Assembly: GCF_006345805.1 (NCBI RefSeq)
Contig: NC_043002.1
Coordinates: 36,394,001 to 36,458,000 of the forward strand
DNA length: 64,000 bases
Source: Octopus sinensis
Taxonomy: Eukaryota
Direction of reading: 5' to 3'
Both the position numbers and the translations under genes were made by a program. Below the pieces are notes generated by a model. It did not search any database and had not been told where the DNA came from. It worked only from the letters and a program-made list of their open reading frames with translations. This document shows positions 1 through 11,690 of this stretch, one piece after another. Each line of letters begins with the position of its first letter. The stretch's first letter is position 1.

Positions 1-1444
1 TCTTTATAATTTTTGCTTGAATTTATTTCTTATCCTCTTAAAAATGTCTGCTTCAGTATGAAAGTATACTTTTTTTCTTTTTTTTTTAGCTTGAAAATGA
101 CGTCAGCTCATGTATTTGACAAAACATTTGTGTCATTTAATGAAAATATCCTTGGACTTTGGGACCTGTTCTCTGGTTATTTAATGGCATCTATTTATTG
201 TTCTAATATTTCTAGCGTCACAGTTTTCCATTCTGTCAATCAATTATGGCTTATAACAAGTCAGAAAGGAGGATGCATACACTGGTATAGCTCATAGCAC
301 ACTTTGACAATGTTTTAAGACATAAGTGTCTGGTATATGATATTGCAAACTTTCTTTCTTTATCAAGAAAGAAAGGAACTCACCATTACAATTTCTCCTG
401 AATTTCAGTTCTGTATATATAAAATCATTTATTTATAGAGATATATGTAAGTGAAAGTGGAGGAGAAAGAACAGAGGATGAAATATAACAGCAATGCAAT
501 GTTAGTTTCACCTCCTCCTAGAACAGTTTTTGTTTTTGTTTTAGTGTCATGAAATTTTAGTTTTCTAATGAACTTATCTTCAGTAGTTCCAGTACAATTA
601 AATAAAACTTTAATATTATGATCACTAAGAAAGATTCAAATATTTGGTAATTATTTCAAACTGTTAAGGAACCATTAAAAAAAACAAAACAATTTTGTTG
701 TATAGATTCAGGTTATATTTTGATTGAGCGGTCTTATGATGAATGATATTCCAGCCATCATAAGTTTTTTTTTTTTTTTTTGGTATATCATGGACTTGTC
801 CAATGATTTAAAAAAAAAAAAATTTTTTTTTTAATTCTTTGAAATGATTGGGTGGAAATTTGGGTGTTATTTCTAGCAGGTTGAGCATCTTCATAGGGAT
901 GGCCTGTGGAGTTTTGTTTTGTTGTGTCTTTAGCAAGATATAACCCTACTTGACTCAGTCTGCTGGCCTGATATATTCTCTTAGACTGGGTGTTTTGAGG
1001 TAGAAAAAAGCAGTCAGTTGCTCCAATTTGTAAATCAGTAGGGGAGGGAAAGAATGATCAGTAGAAGGTGCAGAGAGATAGTGCCAATGAGATGTCCCAG
1101 TAGCCCCTTAAGGTATGAGGTGAGAAGTGGATGGGGTGATTTGCGAGATTGTATGGGGAAGAGGAAGGGATGGGAGGTATCTTACAATTATTTATTTCTT
1201 TATTACCCACAAGGGGCCAACATAGAGGGGGACAGTACAACATGATTGGAGTCATGTTAAAATGATGATGTAAAACATTAAATGATGGTAAAAATACAAT
1301 GAAATTACAATTAAATCGAAAATCGAATGTTACACATTTGACAAAATAACACAAAAAGGACGCATGAAGCAGAAAAAAACAGGATTGCCGACTCCACGAG
1401 CCGTTTTTCCCCACTGAAACCTTGGTAGTTGACTTATGGCATGT

Positions 1445-4400
1445 TCATGCAGTGACTTTCACTCCCAGCAATCGTGCAACACACTTCCATCTTTTTTGAA
1501 ACTTGCATACTGACAGACACCTTTTCTCTAACTCAACCTTTCTTTTTAGGTGGAACTTAAAGAAGTTCACCAAGGCGAGGCCAGAGATCATGGTGTCTGT
1601 CATTATACCTTTCGTTCTGGTCTTCCATATAATCTCTTTCGCGACTGCTACTATGACGAGAAAGCAATGCTTACCTTCATTTGTCAAGAAACTAGGCGAG
1701 TCAATTTTTAGAATTGTCTCAGCCGATAGCTGTACTCTTCCGTCCGACAACAGGTGTTCTGCATAAACCCACACGTCCGAAATTTCCGGGCACTGAACAA
1801 TAGCGTGCGGGACTGTTTCTGCATCCCGCTCGCATCTTGGACAGTTCGATGGTCCATCGTGACCATGTCTTGTGAGCTTATCCCGAACGGGTAAGGCTCC
1901 TCTGTAACATTGCCAGGCCAAAGACTTCTGAAAGTTATCCAGTGTCCTCGGTCCGAATGTCCTTTGGAACAGGCTGTCTAACTGATTATTATCGAGACCC
2001 AAAGTCCTTCCCAGGGCATCGTCATTTCCGGCCTCTACCAACCTACTACAAAGGCTGCGGTGGTACCAAAGCCACCGGCATTGCCCGACTTGCGGAGGTG
2101 GAAGAGGGCCTTACGGCACTCTGAATACCACATGCTCGACCTATGTCTGCGACGATACCAGGTTTCTCTACCACCAAAACTGGCAAAGCTGGGGAACATC
2201 TGCCTCGCAAGCGGGGACCACACCCGTTCACCATCCAGGTAGAGCCAAAGATGCCTCAATCTCGGCGCATGTCTGCGCATCAACAGCCAAGGCATCCCTA
2301 GCCCACCCTTTAACAGCTTCTGACAGCAAATAGAACGTCTCACAAGAGGAGGGTTACCCTTCCACAAAAAGTGAAAGATTTGCCTCTCCAAGTTGCTTAA
2401 CCACGAATCCGGACAAGGAACGACGGTTAGGCGGTAAGTGATGACTGATGCTATAAACACATTGGCCACCTCTGCCCTCCTTTCAAGGATAGCCACCGCC
2501 AAGACCAAGTCTTGACCGCGTGGGCCACCTTGCTCGTCACCTCCGACCAGTTCTTTTCTATCTGGAGATCTGGACCAAACCAGATCCCTAGCAATTTAAC
2601 CGGGCCCTCCGTCCAGCATCCCATGATGCTATTCGAAGGCATCGATATGCCCCTCCAGGTGCCGAGTTGCAAGCCGACTGACTTTTCCCGATTAACTTTT
2701 GCTCCTGTCACCGTCTCGTAAGCCTTGATGGTATCTCCCACATTCTGTAGGAGTTCCACCTTGGTCACGATGATGGTGATGTCGTCCGCATACGCTGTAA
2801 CAGATCCTCCACCTCCTGGATTCGTCGGGATGGTGCTCAGCTTTTGCAGTAATGGCTCGAGAGCTATCACATATAAAAGCGGGGAGAGCGGACACCCTTG
2901 ACGAGCTGACCGTTTGATGCGGAACGGCTTCGAAAGGAAGCCATTCACCCGAACGATTGAGTCGATGTTGTCGTACAACTGTATAATAATAATGTTCGTC
3001 CTTCGGGTTCGAAGATGACCATTGACATCATTTGGTGGAATTGCTGCTATGAGACGGAGGTGGCTGGTGAGGCCTATCCGGGCAAGAAAGCCCCTCCCAC
3101 AGGTGGCACAGAAGTGGGTAGGGGCTGTGCTATTGGTGCAGGTGGCTCTGGCTTTCCGCATCTGGCGTTTCTGTTCGGCTGACTGAATCCGTCTCTCCTC
3201 GGCTGTCTTTGCTCCTGTGGTGATTGCGCTGCGCCAGGATGAGCGGTCGGCAGCAAGTGTCTCCCAAGGCTCTGTGCCGATGGAGAAGTCATTGAGAGAG
3301 ACTTTGAAACTGTCCTTGAAGCGCTTCTTCTGCCCTCCGACTTTGCGTTTGTCCTGGCTGAGTTCACCGTAGAAGAGCTGTTTTGGGATGCGAGTGTCGG
3401 ACATGTAGGAGACGTGGCCTGCCCATCTCAGCTGGGCCTTGCGCATGATCGTGATGGTGCTAGGGAGATCTGCCTGCTTCAGAACTTCCGTGTCTGGGAC
3501 TTTGTCCTGCCAGCGGATGTGAAGGAGGTTCCGAAGACACCTGAGGTGGAAGTGGTTTATCTGGCGCTCGTGCCTTCGGTAAGCAGTCCACGTCTCGCAG
3601 CCGTATAGTAGGGTGGTAAGCACGACTGCCCGGTAGACTTTCAGCTTGGTGTTGAGGCTGATTCCTCTCTGCTCCCAGACTTTCTTTCACAGTCTCCCAA
3701 ACATGCTGCTTGCCTTGGAGATTCTGTTGATGATTTCAGCATCTATGTTGGCATTGCAGGAGAGAGTGCTGCCCAGGTAGGTGAAGTTTTCCACCGCTCG
3801 TAGGATCCATCCGTTCACCTTTATCTGAGGCTCATGGTATTGTTTGCCGGGGGCTGGCTGAAACATCACTTCGGTTTTCTTGACACTGATGGTGAGACCG
3901 AAGTTGTCACAGGCTGATGAGAACCTGTCCATCCTGTGCTGCATCTCCTGCTCATCGATTGCGTTAAGGGCGCAGTCGTCAGCAACGAGAAAGTATCTGA
4001 TGACTGTCTCCTTCACCTTTGTGACGGCCTGCAATCTTCTGGAGTTGAAAAATTTCCCGTCCGTCCTGTACTTGATGTCGATACCGGACTTGCAGTCCCT
4101 GAAGGCATTGGACAGCATTGCTGAGAACATGATGCTGAACAGTGTTGGGGCCAGGACACAGCCCTGCCTGACTCCGTTGGTCACCTGGAAGACTTCAGAT
4201 GAGTTGCCGTCTTCAAGGACTCTGGCTATCATTCCGTCGTGGAACTGGCGGACAATTGCAATAAATTTGCTGGGGCAACCAAATTTTCCCATGACCTTCC
4301 AGAGTCCCTCCCGACTGACTGTATCGAACAGCTCACCAGCCTGTTCCAGTCGATGTGGGACAGGGAATAACTCCCTCAAGATTTCCGGGATGCAACAATC

Positions 4401-6481
4401 GTCCACATTTATAAGCGGAAAGGAGATCGGCAGTCCTGCAACAACCACCGAGGAATCTCCCTCTTTTCCATAGCAGGCAAGATCCTGGCCCGAGTCCTGC
4501 TTGACTGCCTTCTGGAACACTTGGAGCAAGGCCTTCTCCCTGAGAGCCAGTGTGGCTTCCGCGCGGGTCGAGGGACCACTGACATGATATTCGCCGCCCG
4601 CCAGCTCCAGGAGAAATACATGGAGCAGCACCTTGACCTTTGTTGACCTCACCAGGGCTTTTGATACAACTGTATAATCCACCTGAGAAAACCAATGCCC
4701 AGACCGAACTGTGCAAGCACAGACACCAGGTACCGATGGTTCACCCTATCGAAAGCTTTACTCTGGTCTAAATGGACCAGTGCCCCACCTTTGCCAGAAT
4801 TGTTCCCGAACCCTTCTATGGTGTAGTGTATAAGGTGAAGATTATCCTGAATGGTCCTTCCGGGGACTGCACAAGTTTGTGTCTCCCCGTTTAGGCCATC
4901 TGCGACACACGTCAAGCTTTTCGCTAACACCTTGGTCAAAATCTTCACCTCTGCATTCAGCAGGGTGGTGGGCCTGAAGTTATCTATTGTAACCCCCTTG
5001 CTCGAGTCCTTCCTGATCAGCGTCACCACTCCCCGGCGCACAGATCTGGGAATGAACCCATTCTGCCGCCAGTACATACCCGAACAAGTCTGGCATACTT
5101 TTATATAGTTCGTAGGGCAAACCATCAATTCCCGGCACCTTACCTCTGCCGCAGTCGGCCATGGCTTCAGCTACCTCCTCAGGCGAGATTGACCCTTCAC
5201 AGCTCTCCGCGTCCTGCCCTGAGAGGCGCAGCAGCCCGGCGAGGAGGTCTGTAAGGTCCGTCCTCTCACCCGGCCCGCCGTCGCTCCCGAAAAGCCGGGC
5301 AAAGTGCTCCTGAAACGTCCGACACATCTCTGGTTCGGTTACCACATCGCCTTGTTCGTTCGTCACAGACTTGATTGTGGAATCGTTTCCATGTTGAGGT
5401 TCCACAATTTGTGCCCATCCGGCAGCCCTAATACCCTCACACCCCATTGCGCGGATTCTAGCTCTGACGATACAACCCATGTGTTTGGCTTCGAGGTGCT
5501 GGTTTAATTCCAGTCTTTTCAGCCTAACCTGGGCTCCATCGCCAGATCTCATGGCTTCCTCTAAGGCCTTAACTAACCCCATTTCTTTTCTACGCCCACT
5601 AGCTACAAGTCCTATGCTGTATCTAATGGACTCGTATTTAATGGCTCTCTTGAGGGCGTACCACCATTTGTTGTTAATAATGGAACCGGTTAACGCCCTC
5701 TGATTTAATAACTTAATCCGGCTTCTGAAATCCTCAATAGCCAAAAGGGACTTATTGAGTTTCCAGTAACCGGATCCCTTTCTACATAACTTATCTAGGT
5801 GCAGTTTGCCAGTGACCATCTTGTGATCACTGTAACTGACCGGGTGAAGCTGTGGACACTTAACTATGTCTTTATCTATTTTTCCAATAAGAATTCTATC
5901 TATATAGGACCTGACAGACCCGTCGCTATTTGACCACGTCCTCTGTGGAGCGTTCGGGAATTCAAGTCTGTAGGGATCTACCAGCTGAAAGCAACTAAGT
6001 AGATCCCGGAAGCCACTGTTTGGTTTCCTATCTTTAGAGCCAATGCTATCAACACACGCATTGACTATAGCGTTAAAGTCCCCTAGCATGACTATGGATT
6101 TTGACGTGCCAAGAAACTTCTCCAGGTCTTGAAAAAAATCAGTCTGATGCGAATTGGGTGCGTACACCGCCACCAGCCTGATGTCCTTGCCACAACTGAA
6201 CGTCAGATCTAAGACGACCAGCGTACTTTCTCAGTCAGAAAAAATTAACTTTTTCCCAGAAACTCGATTTCTTTTAAGCAGGACCCCCCCCCCCGCCGGC
6301 CAGGAGAAATAAATTTCTCGTAGCCATCCAGGAGCAAGAGTAGATCTCTTGGACCTTCCACTCGAGTCTCAGTAGCGACAACAACATCTAAATTCTGCGA
6401 CCTGATATCATTTAGGAAACGTCCCTGTTTCCAGTTTGATATCAGGCCGCGCACATTCAAACAACCTACATGAACTGCCAT
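1445..6481 (-). pseudogene. Tx1 copy A ORF2 (APE endonuclease, reverse transcriptase, zf-RVT), disrupted
   Basis: Motifs GCLNVRGL, ETR, GDFNA, SYIDRILI, SDH (EN); DQSKAFDRV, RQGCPLSPLLY, YADD (RT); CPRC..ETVPHAIVQC. Frameshifts and an RTE insertion at 2988-4664. Confidence 0.92.
2988..4664 (-). mobile_element. 5'-truncated RTE-clade LINE with inverted 5' segment (4326-4664)
   Basis: 14-bp TSD tacaactgtataat at 2974-2987 and 4665-4678; (ATT)n tail. RT motifs GVRQGCVLAPTLF and VADDCAL, C-terminal CATCGRGF. The plus strand of 4326-4664 encodes the preceding RT region (NHRGISL, ESQCGFRAGRGTTDMIF, FVDLTRAFD). Confidence 0.93.
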
Positions 6482-6488
6482 AATTCAC

Positions 6489-7868
6489 CTACCTTGTTTC
6501 ATCTGGGTCCGGAGGACGGGGGGAACCCATCCCTTCTGCTTCTTGGGCTCGTGGAATCGGCAAGTTGGTGTTATTACTGTCTGCGTCCTTTTTAGCATCC
6601 TCCGCACTCATTCTCGAGGGGCAGACATCATTTCTGAAGTCATTCACCAATAGATTGAACATCTTCTGCCCCATTCTGTAGCTTCTCCATTCGCCTGCCT
6701 CCTCTGTCTCCACTTCTTCTATGTGGTGCGTTTCTATCCTCCTCATGATTTCTCTGTTGGAAGATTTTATCGCTGCATACACTTGGTTGTCTTTCTCTGG
6801 CTTCTTCGCTTTTTTTTATCTCTCTCGTTTTTCCACTTTTTGTTTTCTCCGGGGAGGGATTTTTATGTTTTCTTTTTTTTGTTTGCATCCACCCCTCCCC
6901 TTCTTCGGGTATGGGTGCTATTATCGGGTGTACTACCGGGGTAGTAGACTCTTGCGTCTTTTTCCCTTCTTCCACCGGTTTACAGTTTTTCTTCAGGTGC
7001 CCCTTTTTTTCCACAGGCGAAGCTCCTGGGCTGTCGGCCCTCAACCATCACTGGTAGTCTGTTGTCATCAACTTCAATTATTTCACTTATTTCTTCAAGT
7101 GTGGCTGGTTCCGCCTGCAAAATAATTTTTACTTTTTGACCTTTCCATTTCTCCGTTTCTTCGACTGTGGCATCTCTTATTTCCAGCCTTTCTTCTAATC
7201 CCAAAGTGACTGCTGCCACTATCTTCTCCGGTTCGATCTCCGGAGGGATGTTTGCTACTGTTATTTTCGATATCCTGCCCATATAGACGGGCCAAAGTGT
7301 CACCGTTTCTGTTCTGAGCGGATTCATAGAGTGAAGTCTCGCTTCCTCCTCGGACATGAACCTCACCTCTACAGTTCCGTATCTCTTTCCTCTTGCGATA
7401 TACTTCACCTTGTCCCAGATGGGCTTGAGACGGTCTTCTACTTCTTTTTCTGCTGAGAACTCAATTCTCCTTTCCTTGTTTTTATACGTTTTGTAAATGA
7501 TAGTCTTCTTTTCAATGTCCTCTTGTATTTCCTTTGTCTGTTCGATTTTTGTTTCATACCCCTCCTTTTTCATGTCTTTTTTTAGCTCGTCCAGGTTTGA
7601 GAGCTCAATCTTCTCCTTTGTGCCTGCTGCCTCTGCAAAATTAAGTTGTTTTTTTGCCAGACTCGGCACGTCAATGTTCCTTCGAACGTGCAGCTTTTTT
7701 TTTTGTCACATTTTCCTTCTCTTCGTCAGAGTCCGAAAAAAGCGGTATGCCGATTATTTCCGGCTCTTCTTTTTCTGGGCTAACCATTTGGCTAGCCGTT
7801 CTTCGTGGGCTTTGGTTTACTCAGCTTGCCGTTTTCGCCTCACTTAGGTCTGCCGTCGGGCTTGCCAT
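6489..7868 (-). pseudogene. Tx1 copy A ORF1 (RRM-like region YIARGKRYGTVEVRF, degenerate zinc knuckle, basic tail), frameshifted
   Basis: ORF-track pieces 6980-7669, 6640-7044 and 6489-6782. ATG at 7866-7868. Homologous to the other ORF1 copies in the window. Confidence 0.85.
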
Positions 7869-8409
7869 AATTTGGCCTACCCTCACGTACAGTTCCTTTC
7901 AATAAAGGTAACAACAATAACGATCGACTGAGGGTCGATGCTCCTTCTATAAAGTAACGACACGCAGCAACAAGCGCCTCGCACAATTCAATCCCGTTAC
8001 GTCTCTTTCTACAATTTTTCACTTTCTTTCACTCTTCCGCTCAAAAAATATCAGCTCAGGTTGTATTACTCTAGCAGCGACAGTGACAACTTTATATAGG
8101 TAGCTTACAATTATTATAAAAAAAACAGGTGGACAGGCTGAAGATTGATGAGTCGAGGCAGATAAATGTAGGGTGGGGTGGGGAGAAATGACAGTAATGG
8201 TGTAGTTGAGTGGGAGAATAAGAGATAAGGTGGGGTATACTGCAGGAGCATTGGGGGAAGAGGTAGATGTAGTGCATGATGAGAGTAGTTTAGTTTAGTG
8301 GCAGTAGAGTGAATCAATGGAGAGTACAATATACACAGTGCGTCCAAAACTCAGTTTTACTGGGGTGGGCATATCTTTCTGAGAACTTCATGTCTGACAT
8401 CTCAGTCCT

Positions 8410-8560
8410 TATACACACACACACACACACGCACGCACGATTGCTTACCAGATCTACTCACAATGCTTTGGCTGAAGACACATGCTCAGGTTGCTATCCA
8501 GTGGGACTAAACCCCAAACCATGTAATTGGGATGCAGATTTCTTAATCACTCAGTCATTT
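8410..8560 (-). mobile_element. tRNA-derived SINE fragment ending in (CA)n
   Basis: Reverse complement has a degenerate tRNA-like head (tgagtgattaagaa...ggtttagtcccactg) related to the copy at 9060-9217. Confidence 0.6.
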
Positions 8561-8619
8561 CTGCACCTGTATTATGTTATTGATAATACCTAGAAGGCAT
8601 TTCTTTTCCATTCACCAAA

Positions 8620-9005
8620 GTGAATGTCATCAGATGGTATCCAACAATCATTGGGTGTTTTGTCTCTGAACTGTGATATCCTCCTGTTGGTGGGTCAGCA
8701 AAAGTGGCGAAATCACTGCTCATCATCTCCTGGCTTCCAGGTTAATTCCTCTCTTTTGCTCTATAACTAGCAAGAGATTCCTTCTGCTGCCTTTTCCATC
8801 CTGTGCACAACCACTCTTCACTCCTTTCCTCTCATTCCAGTGGTTGTAAGCATCCTTCATACTGACCAGCAGGGAATCCCCTACAACTAATCTTGACTGA
8901 GAAAAGCAATAACTATACTTCTTCCTGCAATCCTGCAGAAGGCTCTTGTATTTGGCTGACTTCCATTCAAAGGACTGATCACACCCTTCTTCACACAGCA
9001 CTGCC
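8620..9005 (-). mobile_element. 3' end of an old HERO-like RLE-endonuclease LINE
   Basis: Manual translation: EEGCDQSFEWKSAKYKSLLQDCR / LFSVKISCRGFPA.SV*RMLTTTGMRG..RMEKAAE.SSC*L*SKREE. This resembles the ELTVPWEE..K..KY / EVGCRGF / SCWLW C-terminus of HERO-type elements as I recall it. Confidence 0.65.
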
Positions 9006-9059
9006 AGACATTTTGCTTATGAGAGACATACTACTGCTGAAGTGATGTCAACAAGAATT

Positions 9060-9217
9060 GCATGTGTGCCCACATGTGAGGGGTTTCTGCCTACCAAATT
9101 ACAAGGCATTGGAATTGAAATTTGATAGAGGGTATAGTAATTTGCCCAAAGTAACATGATGGGTTTGAACCAGAAACCATGTGTTTGCAAAACGAACTTC
9201 TTAACCATGCAGCCATA
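9060..9217 (-). mobile_element. tRNA-derived SINE fragment
   Basis: Reverse complement atggctgcatggttaagaag...ggttcaaacccatcatgttactttgggcaa carries A-box-like and B-box-like motifs. Confidence 0.55.
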
Positions 9218-9588
9218 CATGCTTGTGTATATGCATGCATGTTAACATACATGAGCTAGCATCAGCTGTACAGGTTCTCTTGCTTTCATCATTCTAGTGC
9301 TTTTAGTTTTTTATTAACTTGGCATTCAAATTGCTCTTAATAATTCTCTCTACTTACACACTCATGCTGTGATATATAATTCTAAAAATAAGTCTCTTAA
9401 AGGCAGGGAGAGTTTGCTGCTATTTCTTGTTGGTTAAACAATTGCATAGAAGCTCCCTTGTTGGTTTAACATTGCAAGGTTACTTTTAACCATGTCAGCA
9501 GAAAGTGTCTATAAATTCTTGTTTATTGAAACTTGAATTATATCTATTGTTTTTCCTGTGTTCATTACTGTAGTCAGTGTTATCATCA

Positions 9589-9800
9589 AGGTGGTGAGCT
9601 GGCAGAATTGTTATTGTGCCAAGTAAAATGCTTAGCTGTATTTTGTCTGTCTTCTCATTCCAAGTTCAAATTCTGCCAAGGTTGACTTTACCTTTCATCC
9701 TTTCAAGGTCAATAAAATAAGTACCAGTTGAGCATTGAGGTTGATTACATTCACTTACTCTCTCCCTTGAAATTACAAGCCTATGCCAAAATTTGAAATC
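9589..9800 (+). mobile_element. CORE-like SINE of a family typical of Octopus
   Basis: ggtgagctggcagaattgtta...aaatgcttag...cctttcatcctt...gtcaataaaataagtaccagttgagca. The same head is at 63509-63568. Confidence 0.7.
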
Positions 9801-9899
9801 AACATCAGCATATGTAGCCTAATGTTGCTATAGGCTCAGAGTAAGACATATATCTACAGCCACCATTCATAAATTTCTGGTCATCAAACAACTTCATGT

Positions 9900-11690
9900 G
9901 TATCCTGGGCCCTGATCAATATAGTATAATAGCTGAATTTGTTTGGATGGCATCACATTTAAAACTCTTACTGGTATGACTTACTGAAGTTAGAATACAG
10001 TAGTTTCCACTGTCAGTCTTTTTGTGGGGTGTTATCTTTGTAGATACTGTTATCATGGGTTACAACTTGCCAGCCTTCTGGATACTGCACATTTGAAGGC
10101 AGCTTGTATAGCACTATCTTTGATTATTTCCTTGAACTCTCAATAGACACAATCTGGCCCTGCTGTCTTTTTTTGTATTGAGAGAGGAGGCTCTTTACAG
10201 AGCCTCTGAGACTGGAGGGAAGAAGGTAGCCTCAAATCAGAGGTCTGGCACTTGAATGCTTCTAACAAAATGTCAGCTGATGTTGAACTGGGTAATGGTT
10301 TTTACTTGCTCACTCTGAAAGATGTTGCAATACCCATGACTCTTATATGCCTTCCAAAATTGTAATATAGATCCCATTTTCTGTTTAAACTGTTGCAGGT
10401 CAGCATCTATGGGTGACACTTGAGCAGGTGGAGATAGTCCAGAGGGTTGATGTTCTGAAGAAAGGGCTTAATGGTTAATGTGGGGTTGGTGGGTGGATAC
10501 AACAAGGGTAACAAGAGAGACATCTGAGTAGTGGAAGTACAAGGCCAACTAGCTACAAGTAGCAGAAGCCATTATAGTGTACTGGCTCTGGATTTGGTCC
10601 AGGATGTCAGTATGTATAGCAGCTACTTCATCCCAGATATAAGAAGTACTCCATTGTGGGTCTCACTTAAGGCTTGGGGAACAGAAATATTGCTGGTCCT
10701 AAAGAGAAGGGTTAGTTTTGGGGTTGTGGTCTTAATTATGTATTTTTTCCCCCAAAGAAATCTTTAATGACAGTGAGGCCTGACGCTTGCAGTGACTGTG
10801 CGAGCTCTTATTGGAGTGCTGCTCGTGTTTAGAGGGGACTGTGGTGTAGTAATGTTTTCTTGATATGAGTAGTGCTTGAGATTTTGCTGCATGACTTCAC
10901 TGGAGGATGCTCTCAAGGTCTCTATTTATGGAATCGGTGAAAATTTGGTATGTGGTATCCATGTGTGTGTGTGTGACTGAGGAAGGAACAAAAGGTTGTA
11001 TCATCTGCATAAGAGTGGACATCGCTGGATGTGGTGGTGAATATGTAGAAGGAAGAGATTAGGGAACAAAACTGAACCCTGAAGAGTTCCAGAATTAAGA
11101 GTAGGGGAGAAAGAGCTCCATCAATATATGTTCCAGTGGTGTAATCTGATAGAAAGCTACTTGTCCAATAAGTTAAAGATGGGTGGAGACTGAAAATGTT
11201 TTTTTTTTTTAGATTTGAATACCAAATATGCTGCTAGCTTTGCTAATCTCAAGAGCAACATTGTCAGAATCCACTGATGTGTGATGTAAGAAAGTATTTT
11301 CTCCAGTGGATAAGGTTCTGCAAAAGCTAAACTCTGCAAAAGCTAAGGAGAGAGAGAGAGAAATTCAAGGTAATGGAAAACATTTTTAATAGCTGTCTCT
11401 ACTATCTTGCAGATGTTAGCTGAGTTGGTGTTTCCTTTCTTTAGAGTAGGACACACTGAAGTCTATTTCTAAATGCCTGGGCATATCCCCTTAGAGAGTA
11501 AGAGATGAGTTAGGTGATTATAGGGGCAAGTTCAAGGATGCATTGTTTATGTATAATGGAAGGGGCATTGTCAGTGATTTGTTTAAAGTAGTGGAAAGTA
11601 CTTCTGCACACGGCATGTGTTTAAACAGTGGGAAGGTTGTTAGATTGGTCATGGGTATGTAGAGTGGGCTGTGAGGGTAGGTGCTTTCTC
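9900..11690 (-). mobile_element. Old, degenerate Jockey/CR1/L2-type LINE RT region
   Basis: Manual translation: KQCILELAPII (~11510-11550), VALEISKA (~11240-11260), NSGTLQGSVLFPNLFLL and DVHSYADDT (~11000-11100). The 9900 boundary is approximate. Confidence 0.65.

Larger units (their letters stand above)
1193..8097 (-). mobile_element. Full-length, decayed Tx1/L1-clade LINE (copy A), carrying an RTE insertion
   Basis: 18-bp TSD aggta(t/g)cttacaattatt at 1175-1192 and 8098-8115. Minus strand has AATAAA and an A-rich tail at ~1193-1205, then ORF1 and ORF2 with APE, RT and C-terminal CCHC motifs. Confidence 0.93.

Noticed and set aside
3880-4473. Long plus-strand ORFs opposite RT genes (for example 3880-4473, 27989-28309, 39768-40109)
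   Set aside because: They are antisense shadows of TE coding frames with no independent motif.
8625-8670. CTGATGA near AAAAC at the HERO-like 3' end, resembling a hammerhead core
   Set aside because: GAAA is absent and stem I cannot form next to the core.
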